Of a DNA stretch of 64,000 nucleotides, positions 1-12,028 are shown in pieces (the stretch's first letter is position 1; every line of letters starts with the position of its first letter). The stretch comes from Mobula hypostoma (lineage: Eukaryota). A program made the position numbers and the translations under genes. Below the pieces are notes generated by a model. The model was not told the DNA's origin. It was given only the letters and a program-made list of their open reading frames with translations, and did no database searches. Where the stretch lies: contig NC_086108.1 in assembly GCF_963921235.1 (NCBI RefSeq), positions 49,602,001-49,666,000 on the forward strand. The letters are read 5' to 3'.

Positions 1-993
1 GTACCAATGTTGTTTGTCATATATATTAATGCTCTGGATGATGGGGTGGTAAATTGGATTAGTAAGTATGCAGATGATACTAAGATAGGTGGAGTTGTGG
101 ATAATGAAGTAGGTTTTCAAAGCTTGCAGAGAGATTTAGGCCAGTTAGAAGAGTGGGCTGAAAGATGGCAGATGGAGTTTAATGCTGATAAATGTGAGGT
201 GCTACACTTTGGTAGGACTAATCAAATTAGGACATACATGGTAAATGGTAGGGCATTGAAGAATGCAGTAGAACAGAAGAATCTAGGAATAATGGTGCAT
301 AGTTCCCTGAAGATGGAATCTAATGGGGATAGGGTGCTGAAGAAAGCTTTTGGTTTGCTGACCTTTATAAATCAGAGCATTGAGTATAGGAGTTGGGATG
401 TAATGTTGAAATTGTACAAGGCATTGGCGAGGCCAAATTTGGAGTATTGTGTACAGTTTTGGTCACCAAATTATCGGAAAGATGTCAACAAAATAGAGAG
501 AGTACAGAGAAGGTTTACTAGAATGTTACCTGGGTTTCATCACCTAAGTTACAGAGAAAGGTTGAACAAGTTGGGCCTTTATTCTTTGGAAAGTAGAAGG
601 TTGAGGGGGAACTTGATAGAGGTATTTAAGATTATGAGGGGGATAGTTAGAGTTGACGTGGATAGGCTTTTTTCCATTGAGAGTGGGGGAGATTCAAACA
701 AGAGGACATGAGTTGAGAGTTAAAGGGCAAAAGTTTAGGTGTAACATGAGGGGGAACTTCTTTACTCAGAGAGTGGTGGCTGTGTGGAACGAGCTTCCAG
801 CAGAAGAGGTAGAGGCAGGTTTGATATTGTCATTTAAAGTTAAATTGGACAGCTATATGGACAGGAAAGGAATGGAGGGTTATGGGCTGAGTGCAGGTCG
901 GTGGGACTAGGTGTGAGTAAGAGTTCGGTATGGACTAGAAGGGCTGAGATGGCCTGTTTCCGTGCTGTAATTTTTATATGGTTATATGGTTAT
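1..993 (+). mobile_element. CR1 LINE 3' part (RT C-terminus, 3' UTR, (TATGGT)n tail), intronic in the laminin gene
   Basis: ORF 7-711 has YINALD...SKYADDTKIGG...LEYCVQFWSP, with a frameshift into 653-910; microsatellite tail at about 965-993. Confidence 0.93.
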
Positions 994-1378
994 AACAAAG
1001 GAGAACATACCAAGCCACTAAACAACAAAAACAGCCAAACAAGTTCCTTTCCTACCTCGCACTAAACCACATACACGGACATTCCTCCAGTCCAGGGTTC
1101 CATGCCTCCAGTGCCCAGGCTTTGACCTCGCTGAGACACCCTACTATGCTGTGCCTTTTCCAATAAATTGTGCTATAGAAATGTGCTATCAAATATACAC
1201 CGTGCTTATCAATAATCTCACTTTTGCTGGAGTTTCTTTTCAATTGTAGTATCACACTTTCATTCCTACTTATCTTGCTCCCATCACCCCTGCTTTTTGA
1301 AGGCCTCTTACCAAAAGCCTAAACTTTGTTATCCAAGCAAGGCTATGTTCAAACCACTCTCTGCTTTGGAAGCTTCAG

Positions 1379-1580
1379 AAACAAAAGGGATTCTCTGAAT
1401 GCTGGAAATTTTGTGCAACACACACAAAATGCAAGGACTCAGCAATTCAGGTTGAGGGTCTCGGCCTCTGATGTTGATCCTCTATACGTACTGCCAGACT
1501 TACTGAATTCCTTGGCCTGTAATGTCGATCCTCTATACCTACTGCCAGGCTTACTGAATTCCTCCAGCATTTTGTGTGTG
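1379..1580. mobile_element. Decayed fold-back Penelope-terminus insertion with 13-bp TSD
   Basis: TTGGAAGCTTCAG at 1366-1378 and 1581-1593; inverted CACACACAAAATGC/GCATTTTGTGTGTG ends; internal ~50-bp tandem duplication. Confidence 0.7.
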
Positions 1581-1677
1581 TTGGAAGCTTCAGTATTAAA
1601 CACCAAAATACCAGCAGCAGAGACAGCTGACTTCAATTGATAACATAAATTATACATGGTTTTCTTTGATATTACAG

Positions 1678-1877
1678 ACTTCAACACACGTGTGGTCATC
1701 AATAAAACAGCTGCTGAAGATGCCTTGAATAAAATACCGAATATTAAAAGGACCATTGACAGGGCCAACACACTGACTGACCAGGCTGAGAATAAACTGG
1801 GGAATGCGTTAACAACGTCCAAAGATGCCATGGGAAAAACTGAAATGGCAGATGATACTGTCAATGATATGCAGGAG
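1678..1877 (+). CDS. LAMC2: Laminin gamma-2-like chain, fourth-from-last coding exon (coiled-coil; DFNTRVVINKTAAEDALNKIP...NDMQE)
   Basis: ttacAG acceptor and GAG|gtaatt donor, 200 bp, phase 1 to 0. Peptide resembles laminin gamma domain I (cf. DFDRRVNDNKTAAEEALRKIP of gamma-1). Splices in frame with the next three exons. Confidence 0.85.
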
Positions 1878-1944
1878 GTAATTATTTAGCTAATTTCCAA
1901 CTCTGTAAAAGTCAGTGAAATTAAATCTTACAGCTTTTGCAATT

Positions 1945-2292
1945 AACACACATCAAAGTTGCTGGTGAACACAGCAGGCCAGGCAGCATCTCTAGGAAGA
2001 GGTACAGTCAACGTTTCAGGCCGGGACCCTTCGTCAGGACTAACTGAAAGAAGAGCTAGTAAAAGATTAGAGAGGGGGAGGGGAGATCCAAAATGATAGG
2101 AGAAGACAGGAGGGGGAGGGATGGAGCCAAGAGCTGGACAGGTGATTGGCAAAAGGGATACGAGAGGATCATGGGACAGGAGGCCCAGGGAGAAAGAAAA
2201 GGGGGAGGGGGGGAAACCCAGAGGATGGGCAAGGGGTATAGTGAGAGGGAGAAAAAGGAGAGAGAGAGAATGTGTGTATATAAATAAATAAC
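1945..2292 (-). mobile_element. Penelope-like element 3' terminal fragment
   Basis: Closely similar to the 3' end of the PLE at 35528-35930; contains a hammerhead motif. Confidence 0.85.
2006..2041 (-). ncRNA. Minimal type I hammerhead ribozyme motif (GUU triplet variant)
   Basis: Minus strand reads AGTC-CTGACGA-AGGGTCCCGGCCT-GAAA-CGTT-GACT. Confidence 0.6.
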
Positions 2293-2661
2293 TAAACAAA
2301 ATCCAGAATAGTTGTGGTGCATGGACACAATTCCAAGATTAAAACAGAGCACATCATGTTCTGTAAAATATTTGATCAATTTTGTGAGCTACATGAAGTA
2401 TGGCAGAATAATTTCTGCCATGTGTTTTTCCAGTCTTTGTTTTAGAAAAATGAGTCTACATCAGAAATATGACTGACATATTAAACAAATGTGACTGGGA
2501 AAATACTCCTGCACTATAATAATTCATCAATTTTTTTTTGTAGGATACATCTTTCACCTTAGTAATTGTCAATTGCTGCAAACAGAGTCATATTCTGTTG
2601 AAAGCCATTTCTATGTTTGTTAATAAATTTCAATGTGTTACTGTTTTAATCCCATTAACAG

Positions 2662-2820
2662 AGGGCACTTCAATCGCTACGTGATGCAGAACTTACATTA
2701 AATGATGCCATGCTATTGAATCAAGATGTGATGGATATAAGTGGACAACTCAAACAACTAGAGACTGAACTGGCAAACAAACAGAGAGCTGTGAATGAAG
2801 ATGCATTGACGGCTGAGTTG
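2662..2820 (+). CDS. LAMC2: Laminin gamma-2-like exon (RALQSLRDAELTLNDAMLLNQDVMDISGQLKQLETELANKQRAVNEDALTAEL)
   Basis: taacAG acceptor, TTG|gtaaga donor, 159 bp, phase 0/0, stop-free heptad-rich peptide. Absent from the ORF track. Confidence 0.85.
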
Positions 2821-3857
2821 GTAAGATTATTTTTCATGCCTTCTAACTGACATTCAATTTGGACTTGTAAATGTAATTATTGAGGTTAAATTCTTTCAGA
2901 GATTTCACTACTTCTTGCCTAAGAAGAGAAGTCTGTATTTCTGGGGAAGAAAATGCAATAAGCCTTAATAGTCTAGCAGTAAACTGTTGATAGGAGATAA
3001 TGAGTCCTGAAGTGTTGTAAAGTTTGCAGAAAGTAGGTTCTTCACTAATGCTTTCAGTCTGTTAACCCACTAGATTGTCTCTGAAAGCTGCAGCTCAGCA
3101 AAAATACCTAGGCAGAGCAAGGAATACCATAATTACAAATATACACCAAGAATTACAGTGGATGGAAATAATCTTTTGTTCCCATCTCCCCTTCTCCAAA
3201 GGAAGGTCTTACATGGAAAGCCTGCAACAAAAGGATTAAAGGTTCCCTGATATTTTCTCTGGAGCAGCATAACTTCCTTCCTGTACGTTATACTGCAGTG
3301 CCATTCTGTAATTGATGACATTCCTTTCAACTTTATTCTTCATCTAAGTCCCTGACAGAAAAGCACTGATGGGATATTGAAAACTGAGTAGCGTCACAGA
3401 AGGGCTTGCCTGAGGTCCTCGGCAATTTTTCAGTCAGTTTCATTGGGCATTCACAAATTTGTCTGATCTCTTCAAGAATGTAACAAGTGGAGTCAATGGA
3501 GGGGAACATGTAGCTGTAATGTGTTGTAGGTTTTCAGAAGTCATTTGACAAGGTGCCACATGGAAGGCTGGAGCTCAGGATATAAGCTTATGGTAATAGA
3601 AATACAATATGTTTACATAAAGGTCTGTTACTGTGCAGAAAATAGAGGTCAGAATATGGGTCTTTTACAAACCAAGGTCAGATCTTGATCCTCAATTGTT
3701 TATAATTCAATGAATATAAACTACATAGTGGAGGGGAAAAGAGTAAGGGATCCAAGTTTACTAATAACATGCTGATAGGAAGGCAAACAGTATTTTGATT
3801 TTCTTTAGAAAAAAGTCTGGAATTTATAAGTAGGAAAGGAATATTACAATTATTAGG

Positions 3858-4075
3858 AACCACAGTAGCAAAGTGGTTAGCATGGCACTATTACAGCAAG
3901 TTTACAAATTGGACATTCCTTCCCATGTGTGCTCCGGTCTCCCCCAAAGATGTATCTGTTAATAGGCTGATTGGTCATTGTAAATAGTCCCGTGAATAGG
4001 CTGGGGTTAATCGGTGGGTTGCTGGGTGGTGCGGCTCGAAGGCCCAGTTCCATGCTGTATCTCCAAATAAAATTA
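3858..4075 (+). mobile_element. tRNA-derived SINE, V-SINE/HE1-like
   Basis: A-box-like cacagtagcaaagtggttagc; V-domain-like ccaaagatgt...ggctgattggtcattgtaaatagtccc; CR1-like tail with aaataaaa. Confidence 0.65.
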
Positions 4076-4187
4076 AACAGATAAATGAAATGGACAGGAT
4101 ACTGGAGAGCCTACATCTGAAGTTCTGTGCATTTTGGGTCTATCATTGAAGAAAGGATATATTGGCATTTGGGCTGTTCCAAAGAGA

Positions 4188-4381
4188 AAAAAGAAGAGAA
4201 GAATAGCCCTTAACACGGCAGTGGCGTTATCGGGGCACCATCATGACAGTGTTTCCGTAGCAAGATATTCTTGTTTTTACAAGGCCAAGTCGCTAGCTCA
4301 ACGCTCATCCCGACTTGGATTTGAACTCGGGAACCTTCGCTCCGGAGTCCGGTGCTGATATTATTGCGCCACCAAGCGGGA
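4188..4381 (-). mobile_element. tRNA-derived SINE with 14-bp TSD
   Basis: Minus strand has A box TGGCGCAATAA, B box GAGTTCAAATCC and a (TTC)n-like tail. TSD CTGTTCCA(A/G)AGAGA at 4174-4187 and 4382-4395. Confidence 0.75.
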
Positions 4382-4956
4382 CTGTTCCAGAGAGATTCAG
4401 GGTTAATTGCTGGAATGAAATGGTTAGGTTATACTAGCAGTTAAGTAAATTGGATCTATATTCTTTGGAGTTTAGGAAAATGAAGGGCAATTTTCTTTCT
4501 TGAAGCATCTTAGATCTTAGGGGGAACATTACAGGGTAATTGAAGGCAGATATTCCCTCTAGAATCTCAAACATGGGGACATAGCTACAAGTTTGGGATT
4601 AATAATTTAAAACCAAGGTCCATGGACTATTATAGGGTGCATATCTCTGAAATTCTCTATCCAGGAGGGATTGTCAATGCAAGGCCAATAGAGATGCTTA
4701 AGAGGAAGTTGATATATTTTGGAAAATGAAAATATTGAGGGCTATTTGGAAACAGGCACAGAAAAGGAGATGAAGTTTGGGGCAGAGTAGTTATGATTTT
4801 GAATGGCAGGGCAGGTGTGAGAAGCCAGGTGGCCAACTTCTGAACTATCTTCTGTTTTTATGACTCTGGGAAAGAAATCACTTCCTTTATTGATTCCATC
4901 TTGTCTGAGACTATCTGCACCATTTAGATGTGCAGCCTGGGCCACAGTTGAGATAT

Positions 4957-5110
4957 TTAGAACCATAGAACGCTACAGCACAGAAAACAGGCCATTCAGC
5001 TCTTCTAGTCTGTGCTGAAACCTTACTCCGCTAGTCCCATTAACCTGCACCCAGTCCATAACCCTCCAGACCTCTCCCATCCATGTGTCTACCCAATTTA
5101 TTCTTAAAAT
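4957..5110 (-). mobile_element. CR1 3' tail fragment
   Basis: Reverse complement of a CR1 3' UTR (tagaaccatagaa...ggccattcagc...ccataaccctcc). Confidence 0.75.
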
Positions 5111-5190
5111 GGATTAAACTTGTAGCCTTTCTAATCTGTGAGCAGTTAAAATTTGAAACAGCGCATTTAACTATTTGTTTATTATTTCAG

Positions 5191-5290
5191 ACTACAGACA
5201 CTGTAAATGCAGCAATAAAGAATATAGCGAATGCAAAGGATTCTGTGAATGAAATGATGAAATTGATAAGTGATTTACTACTTTCAATGG
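5191..5290 (+). CDS. LAMC2: Laminin gamma-2-like penultimate exon (TTDTVNAAIKNIANAKDSVNEMMKLISDLLLSM)
   Basis: tttcAG acceptor, G|gtaagc donor, 100 bp, phase 0 to 1. Confidence 0.85.
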
Positions 5291-5823
5291 GTAAGCATGA
5301 CAACTTTATAAGAGAGTTAAACCTGTATCTTTATGAATCCTAAAAAGTTAATGAAAAATACTGTCAGAAAGATATCTCTGTTTTAAGTCTCAGAAACTCT
5401 ACTAGAATTGCAGTATAGTAAGTCTACAATTAGGGACTGGAAGATAATAGTACGGTCTAATGTAGAAAAAAAAGCTGGTTTTTAGGTAGCTTGGAGAGTA
5501 TGGAGAAGAACTATTCGCTTTGTGGGTTATCTCTAATAAGCCAAAAATAAGAAAGACCAATGTCCTTTGGGATTTAAGACATATGAGGCAAATAGGAATA
5601 AAATATATAATGTAAGCTATTCAGAAATAACATTTTGGAACACTGAGGTAAATGTGTGGGAACCAGATCTGAAATATCTTTTGTACTCTTGTTAACTTAA
5701 ATATCTGTTGCTTTTCTGGTATATTTTCTCTCCAACTGGTATCCACTTCTCCATATATACCAACAAAATTTCCTGATTTCTCAAGGAAGTATTGCTTACT
5801 CAATAATTGTGCTTCATTTATAG

Positions 5824-6074
5824 ATAACCCAGCCAAGATTGACACTATGAAGTTGGAACGTGTAGAGAATTCACTTGAAATCTTTAACACTCAATGGATT
5901 AATGAACTACAAATACTTCAACGGATGCAGGATGTTGCTGCTCAGTGGGAGTTCGAAGTTACAGTTTTTGACCAAGACATTGGTGGCATCCTTGCGGATA
6001 TCAGAAATCTTCAGCAAATCAAAGACAGTTTACCCAAAGGGTGCTTTAACACAGCAGCCGTTGAAAGGCCGTAA
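5824..6074 (+). CDS. LAMC2: Laminin gamma-2-like terminal coding exon (...DQDIGGILADIRNLQQIKDSLPKGCFNTAAVERP*)
   Basis: ttatAG acceptor, phase 1. C-terminus matches the laminin gamma tail (LPxGC[FY]N...ExP/Q). The GILAD motif and tail-to-tail position next to NMNAT2 favour LAMC2 over LAMC1. Confidence 0.88.
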
Positions 6075-7680
6075 TTGCTTTCTCTACCAAAAGTTACATT
6101 AAATCATGGAAATTTCCTGTTTTCAGAAGAAAACATCAAGAAGATCTGATAATTTATGTAATGCCCCAACCACTTGAAAGACTGACAAATGGAAAACAGA
6201 GCAACAACCTCTACAACTTTATCAAAGCATGGTTAATTCTGATATTATCTTATTTAATCACTGTTGACAATTTGGATGCTTGTTCCCAACAACCTATCCC
6301 TAGAAACCCTGTCCCCAACTTCCAGCACAAATGGGCTAAAATTAAAGATTTTGCTTCTATGGTATTTTTACAAAATTGACATTGACCTTGAACTTGAAGA
6401 GCGTAGAATATTATTGTTTACTTTTCAAATTCATAAAATCATTCAGCATTTCAAGTTACAATTTACAGTTTTAAAGTTGTCATTACCCTAAAAATATATT
6501 AAAGAGATGCAAGCTGATTTATCAATAGATTTTTTTTCATTACCAAAATGTAGAATTGCTTCTGACACAATTATTAATATTGGAAACGTTTTCATCCTTC
6601 AATGACATAAAACCAATATCTCCCACAATCATTATGGGGTGGGTCTTTTGCACACCCTTTTACAATTTAACTGACTGTTCAGATATTGCTATACCTCTGT
6701 AAATTATTAGCGTATATAGTACTAAATAGCTGACAATCCATTTCTGATTGCTACTTATATAAGTTTTCCTATGGGCTGACAACCCTAAAGACAACTTGTC
6801 ATGTGAGGAAGAACTGTTGCTGAATTAGTAGAAATCTATAGGTTTCTAGGAAGCAGGACCTAACCGAGATCCCACGCCTTTGGAAAAGAATAAGGTAACA
6901 TGAGTGAGGACTGGAGAAATTGCCAATGAATATGTGAAAAGGGGAGCAATGTGGCTACTGGAATGAATCTAGGTGACTGTTCCTCATTGTCAATAGGAAT
7001 TAAGTTTTTAAATCAGGAAAGTTGTCTAGAAGCTGAACACTTATTAAAGGCAATGCTCCAAACATGCAAAATTCAGCTGCTGTGTCAGCTCACATCTGTT
7101 TCTTCCTAATTCATTCTTTCTTTCCTGTGTGTAAACGTGGCAAAAAGATAAATGATCAGTTTTGATCTCTACTCCTTGCACAGAATTGTATGCTGCTGTA
7201 ACACCAACTCACACTTGCATAGAGTTATCAAGAGTTAATCCTTAATTATAGTATTGAGGGGAAATTAAGGACATAGAAGTCTAACCTTTTCCTCCTAAAC
7301 CAACTAAAGTCTCTTTTATTATCAGTAACTCAGATTTTTGAATTCTTGGTAGATTCTTAAATGTGTAGAAACAATATTGTTAATATTACTTATGGGCAAA
7401 GCACCAAAATCACCTCAAAATGAGTAATTTGAAGCCACTTCCTTTCTGCTGTCACGTGGAGTGTACCAGGTGAATCTATATGAAAACTTTATTTAGGGGA
7501 ACTAGGTTCATGAACTTGAATGTTATTTATTTTCATGTAACACCATTTGCTGATACAAGAGCACAGCCTTTGATAGTATTAACATTTTTCACAGCAGTTC
7601 TCTCAGATCCCAGACTTCCCACAGCCTTGATCACTGGGGACAGTCCTGATGTACTGCTATCCCTCAATGGCTATGGTGCA

Positions 7681-8880
7681 AATAAATTTAAGAACATCAA
7701 TAAATGATGCTGGAAAACTGAATGAATATGGAATAACTTGAAACTAGAATGATTTTGCCTCACAGACTGCATTTCTATGAAATTGTACAATTTGATAAAA
7801 AATATTTGGCATTTTTTAACTGTTCGTGCCTTTGAATGCCCAATTGTGCTTTACAATCTAAGACTATGAAGGCAAACAAAAGAGAAACTACTCCATGTAT
7901 CATCTCGGCCTGAAATGTCGAGTGTTTATTCATTTCCATAGATGCTGCCTGACCTGCTGAGTTCCTCCAGCATTTTGCGTGTGTTGCTTTGGATCTCCAG
8001 CATTTGCAGACTTTCTCGTGTTTATTTATATACTTGTTGCTTACAGACCATCGACATATACTTTGGCCTGGGAAGACTGGATTTTTTTTTTGCACCAAGT
8101 ACTTTTACTGTTGCAAGTTTTGTTTTAAGGGATAATGTGATTTATCCTAGTAGAATACTCGATATAGTATCTTTGCATATTTTTTATATATTTATACATT
8201 CATTTGGTTATGTGATGCTTAGTTATCACCCTTCTAGACTGTGATTTATCTGAAGAGCTGGACACTCTTCCACTGGTTCATTTATCTTACAACAGTGTGG
8301 CCTGGGCTTCCAGTATTGGTTGCCTGCAATAGAATTTCATTTGAATCAGTCTTTAGCTGGGAGTGCAAAGGATGGTCAATACAATGGCATCATTTAGTGA
8401 CAATGACCAGAAACAATCTTCTACTCACATCCTTCAGAAAAAATGTTTGGCTTATGCAAAATCACATTTATGAAATCACCATGCCAATTAGTATAAAACA
8501 TGCTACTGAACAATTTTTTGTGATGCCAATCTTATGAATATGGTCTTTCTCTATCCACAACGGCAGTCCCTCTATAAGTACTCTGAGATTTTCAGAACAT
8601 AATGTTAAAACACACTGGCTGTAAAACAGGTCTTTGCTCTTTTTTTGTTATTGATAGGTCATATATAATACAACCAAGCACCTATATTTGCACTTGAGTC
8701 TAACTATGTTGTGTTTTCTGCATGAAGTTTATATATTCCTTATTTAAGTGTCTCAGTATTAAAGCTGTGCTTTGAAGACACTTTTGCCTTGAAGTATTTG
8801 AAGTCATTCATATGCAATGGACTGTTCTTCCTATGTTTTGTCTGTCAATTTCATTCTACCAGTCAAATAGAATTAATAAA
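7681..8880 (+). promoter_or_regulatory. Candidate polyadenylation signals of the laminin gene (AATAAA at 7681, 7699, 8875)
   Basis: Hexamers in the largely repeat-poor region downstream of the stop codon; the site actually used cannot be determined from sequence. Confidence 0.3.
7903..8030 (+). mobile_element. Older Penelope terminal fragment
   Basis: tctcggcctgaaatgtcga...gatgctgcctgacctgctgagttcctccagcattttg matches the PLE 3' terminus. Confidence 0.75.
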
Positions 8881-9059
8881 AATAATTGTTTCTAAAAGGC
8901 ATTCTGAATTTTGATTTCAATTCTGGAACATTGAAAAAATGCAGTGCAATTGGCTTATTAAAGCTAATGCGTGATTTGGTTAATTACTGAAGCAAAGGGT
9001 TCAGGAAGATCCTTAGTTTGAGCCATATTGACACCAATATATTTCAATACATATGATAC

Positions 9060-9278
9060 TTAACTTTTCCAGTCTTGGCTGGAGTCTCCCAGGGCAACAC
9101 TAGGGAAAATTAGCCGTCTCCACTGGTCACCAATAATTTCCCCAATGAAGTGTGTGTCTTGTGCCTTCACTCTCTGTTGGGGAAATTAAAAGTGCCCATG
9201 TTATTGGTGCCCAGTGGAGGGCCCACTGGCTTTGCTAGTGGTCTATCTGGGAGATTCCATCCTAGATTGAAAAGTTAA
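9060..9278. mobile_element. ~220-bp imperfect palindrome flanked by TTAA (putative MITE)
   Basis: Left arm TTAACTTTTCCAGTCTTGGCTGGAGTCTCCCAG...CTCCACTGGTCACCAATAA...TTTCCCCAA pairs with the reverse complement of the right arm, which ends CTGGGAGATTCCATCCTAGATTGAAAAGTTAA. Confidence 0.7.
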
Positions 9279-10142
9279 ATAACAGGTGAACTGGCATATA
9301 TTGATGTCAACGTGGCTCAGATTGGGGATATTCCTGACATCCTACTCCCTGACTGCTGAGAACAGTTAAGTTCCTAGTTCATAACAATGGACCTCCATTC
9401 CGCGTGTATGGCCGCAGCTCCCGCCAAACTAGAGACACCCTCACTTGTAACATTTGCCAAGGACAGAATTGCACTGTTAGATGCCATGTGACTGTAGGCC
9501 AACTGTCATGTGATCAGACTGAGCGGGTTGGGCAGCCACGGATTGTGATTGGCTGCACTGCAGCTGGGCAATAGGGTTGGCCAGTTACTGGTCACCACTG
9601 ACTGGCTAAACCAGGTCATGGGGTGTGGCCACATGGGCAGGAGTACTCCCGTGAGTAAATCTTCTCATAAGTTGGCAGGTTCGAAGAAATAAGAAATTAA
9701 TGAAAAATTGAGAGCCATCATGACCCCTGGCCAAGGAAAAGTTCATTCGTCTTTCTGTAAATCACCCTGATTTTTATGTTAATATACGCTATTAACTTAA
9801 GAACAATTCCCTCAAGTGTGGAGCCTCTTTACTTTATTTTTGTAAAAGTTAATGAGATTCAGGAACATTTTATAAAGCTCTTCAAAATGAAAATATCATG
9901 AGGTTATTTATGGCCTTAGGCATTTTTATATTCATTGCTGGATCTACTTCTGTTACCATTGCAGTATAAATTCCAAACTGTCACTTTCATGGATTGGGTT
10001 AGCACAATATTGCTTCATCTCCTTCAACAAATTTGTTCAACAGTGGTAGATATCAATATAGTTTTGAACTGCTGGATTTTCTCTTCCTCTTTTTTACTGA
10101 GTTGGGGAGCAGTTCCACACAAGCAACAATAAATAGTGTTAC

Positions 10143-10830
10143 ATTCAGGGCCCCAAACAGTTCTCCGAGGTGAAGCAACACTTCACCTGCAAATCCGCTG
10201 TGGTCATCTATTGTAGCTGGTGCTCCCGACGGAGCATCTTCTACACTGGTGCAACTTGTGATAAATTGGAAAAGCAGAATTTCCCAGTGGCCAATCATTC
10301 CACGTCAGTCTATAACCACCTCTTGCACCACTCTCAGGACACTCTCAATTGAGGCCACTCTCAAGGTGGAGGAGCAACACCTCATATTCTCTCTGGGTAG
10401 CATCCAACCTGATGGCATGAACATCGATTTCTCCTTCTGGTATTTTTTTCTTTCCTCCTTCCCTCTTCTTCTATTCCCCACTTTGGCCTCTTACATCTTA
10501 TCACCTGCCTGTGAACCCCCCCCCCCCTGCCGTGCCCTTCCATCTCACCTTTCCCCTATGGTCTACCCTCCTCTCTTATCAGATTTCTTCCTCTGGCCCT
10601 TTACCTTTCCCACCCACCGAGCTTCACCTATCACCATCTGGCTATCCGCTCCCCTCCCCCAATCTTTGATATTCTGTTGTCCTCCTGATTCCTTTCCAGT
10701 CCAGAAGAAGGGTCCCAAAATGTGGACTACTTATTCGTTTCCATAGATGCTGCCTGACCTGCTGAGCTCCTCCAGCATTTTCTTGTGTTGCTTTGGATTT
10801 CCAGCACTTTCAGAAACTCTTGTGTTTATG
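10143..10830 (+). mobile_element. Decayed Penelope-like element 3' part (GIY-YIG endonuclease remnant and terminus)
   Basis: HFTCKSAVVIYCSWCSR and EATLKVEEQHLIFSLGSIQPDGMNIDFS match the PLE at 35957-36330; degenerate hammerhead near 10700. Confidence 0.85.
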
Positions 10831-11582
10831 TAAATAGACACACAAACATCCCTCTAAACCTTTCCTGTCCATATATCTGTCCAAGTGTCTTCTAAAAGTT
10901 GTTAATCAAGACTTTAGTTTTAAATACAAGACTTTAATTAAAAACTCTGTCATAAGTTTCTTGTTGATAGGTACTACTGAGATCCCAAAATATCTGACAT
11001 CAAACATCTGCCCAGGTTTGGCTGGAACTGTACCACCTGCCACATTTGGTAAGAACAAATTAGAAGCATCCTTAACCCAGACCTGATGCTGCTGTTGACT
11101 CCTTTGTAAAGAGTAAGATTGCTAGATTAACATAATTTTTTTTGGCTTGGTATTAATGTAATGAATGTTTCTTCATGCTCCTTCATGTTTTTTTTCTGTC
11201 AATAACCCCCTGGTAAATAAATGATTGATTAACTATCCTACCACCAAGTGTTGAATTAACTGCAAATTCCTTTCTACTTAACATTAAAGGGCAATTTTCA
11301 GATCATGCTATTGGCAGGTATACTTGCTTGTTAGGAATGTTTTCTTTCCATTATTTTGGATCTGTGTGCAAAATATATTACAAGGTTAAAAAAATATGTT
11401 CTGTAGTAAATACAAAATAGCTACAAAAACCAAAGGTGAAAACATCAGTACTTGTGAAAAACCTTGTCCCATCCATATCAGGTGTAGATACTGGTGATGT
11501 TGAAATCTGAAGTAAAAACTCAACATATTAACAAATCAGACAGCATCTGTAGAGAGGGAAAAGAATAATGGTGGGCTTTTCA

Positions 11583-12028
11583 TCTTGGGTACTAGCTACA
11601 AAGTACACAGAACATCTTCAAGGAGCGGTGTCTCAGAAAGGCTGCATCCATTATTAAGGACCCTCAGCACCCAGGGCATGCCCTTTCCTCACTGTTACCA
11701 TCAGGTAGGAGGTACAGAAGCCTGAAGGCACACACTCAGTGATTCAGTAACAGCTTCTTCACCTCTGCCATCCAATTCCTAAATGGACAATTGAACCCTT
11801 GAACACTACCTCACTTTTTTAATATATATTACAGTATTCCTGTTTCTTGCATGATTTTTAATTTAATATACGTATACTGTAATTGATGTATTTATTTATT
11901 TTTATTATTATTTTATTTATTTTTTTCTTCTCTATTATGTATTGCACTGAACTGCTGCTGCTAAGTTAGCAAATTTCACGACACATGCCAGTGATAATAA
12001 ACCTGATTGTGATTCTGATTCTGATTCA
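11583..12028 (+). mobile_element. Rex1/Babar-type LINE 3' fragment with (GATTCT)n tail
   Basis: Closely similar to 49255-49683; ends aataaacctgattgtgattctgattctga. Confidence 0.8.

Larger units (their letters stand above)
3430..4845 (+). mobile_element. Heavily decayed CR1 LINE (RT to 3' end) carrying two SINE insertions
   Basis: Remnants tttcagaagtcatttgacaaggtgccacat (DFQKAFDKVPH-like) and tattctttggagtttagga; CR1-like 3' end. Confidence 0.7.

Noticed and set aside
4300..4381. Possible functional tRNA-Arg gene
   Set aside because: Cloverleaf is degenerate and it is the head of a TSD-flanked SINE.
9588..9610. Small hairpin GCCAGTTACTGG-TCA-CCACTGACTGGC and nearby CCAAT-like motifs
   Set aside because: Too short to distinguish from chance without comparative data.
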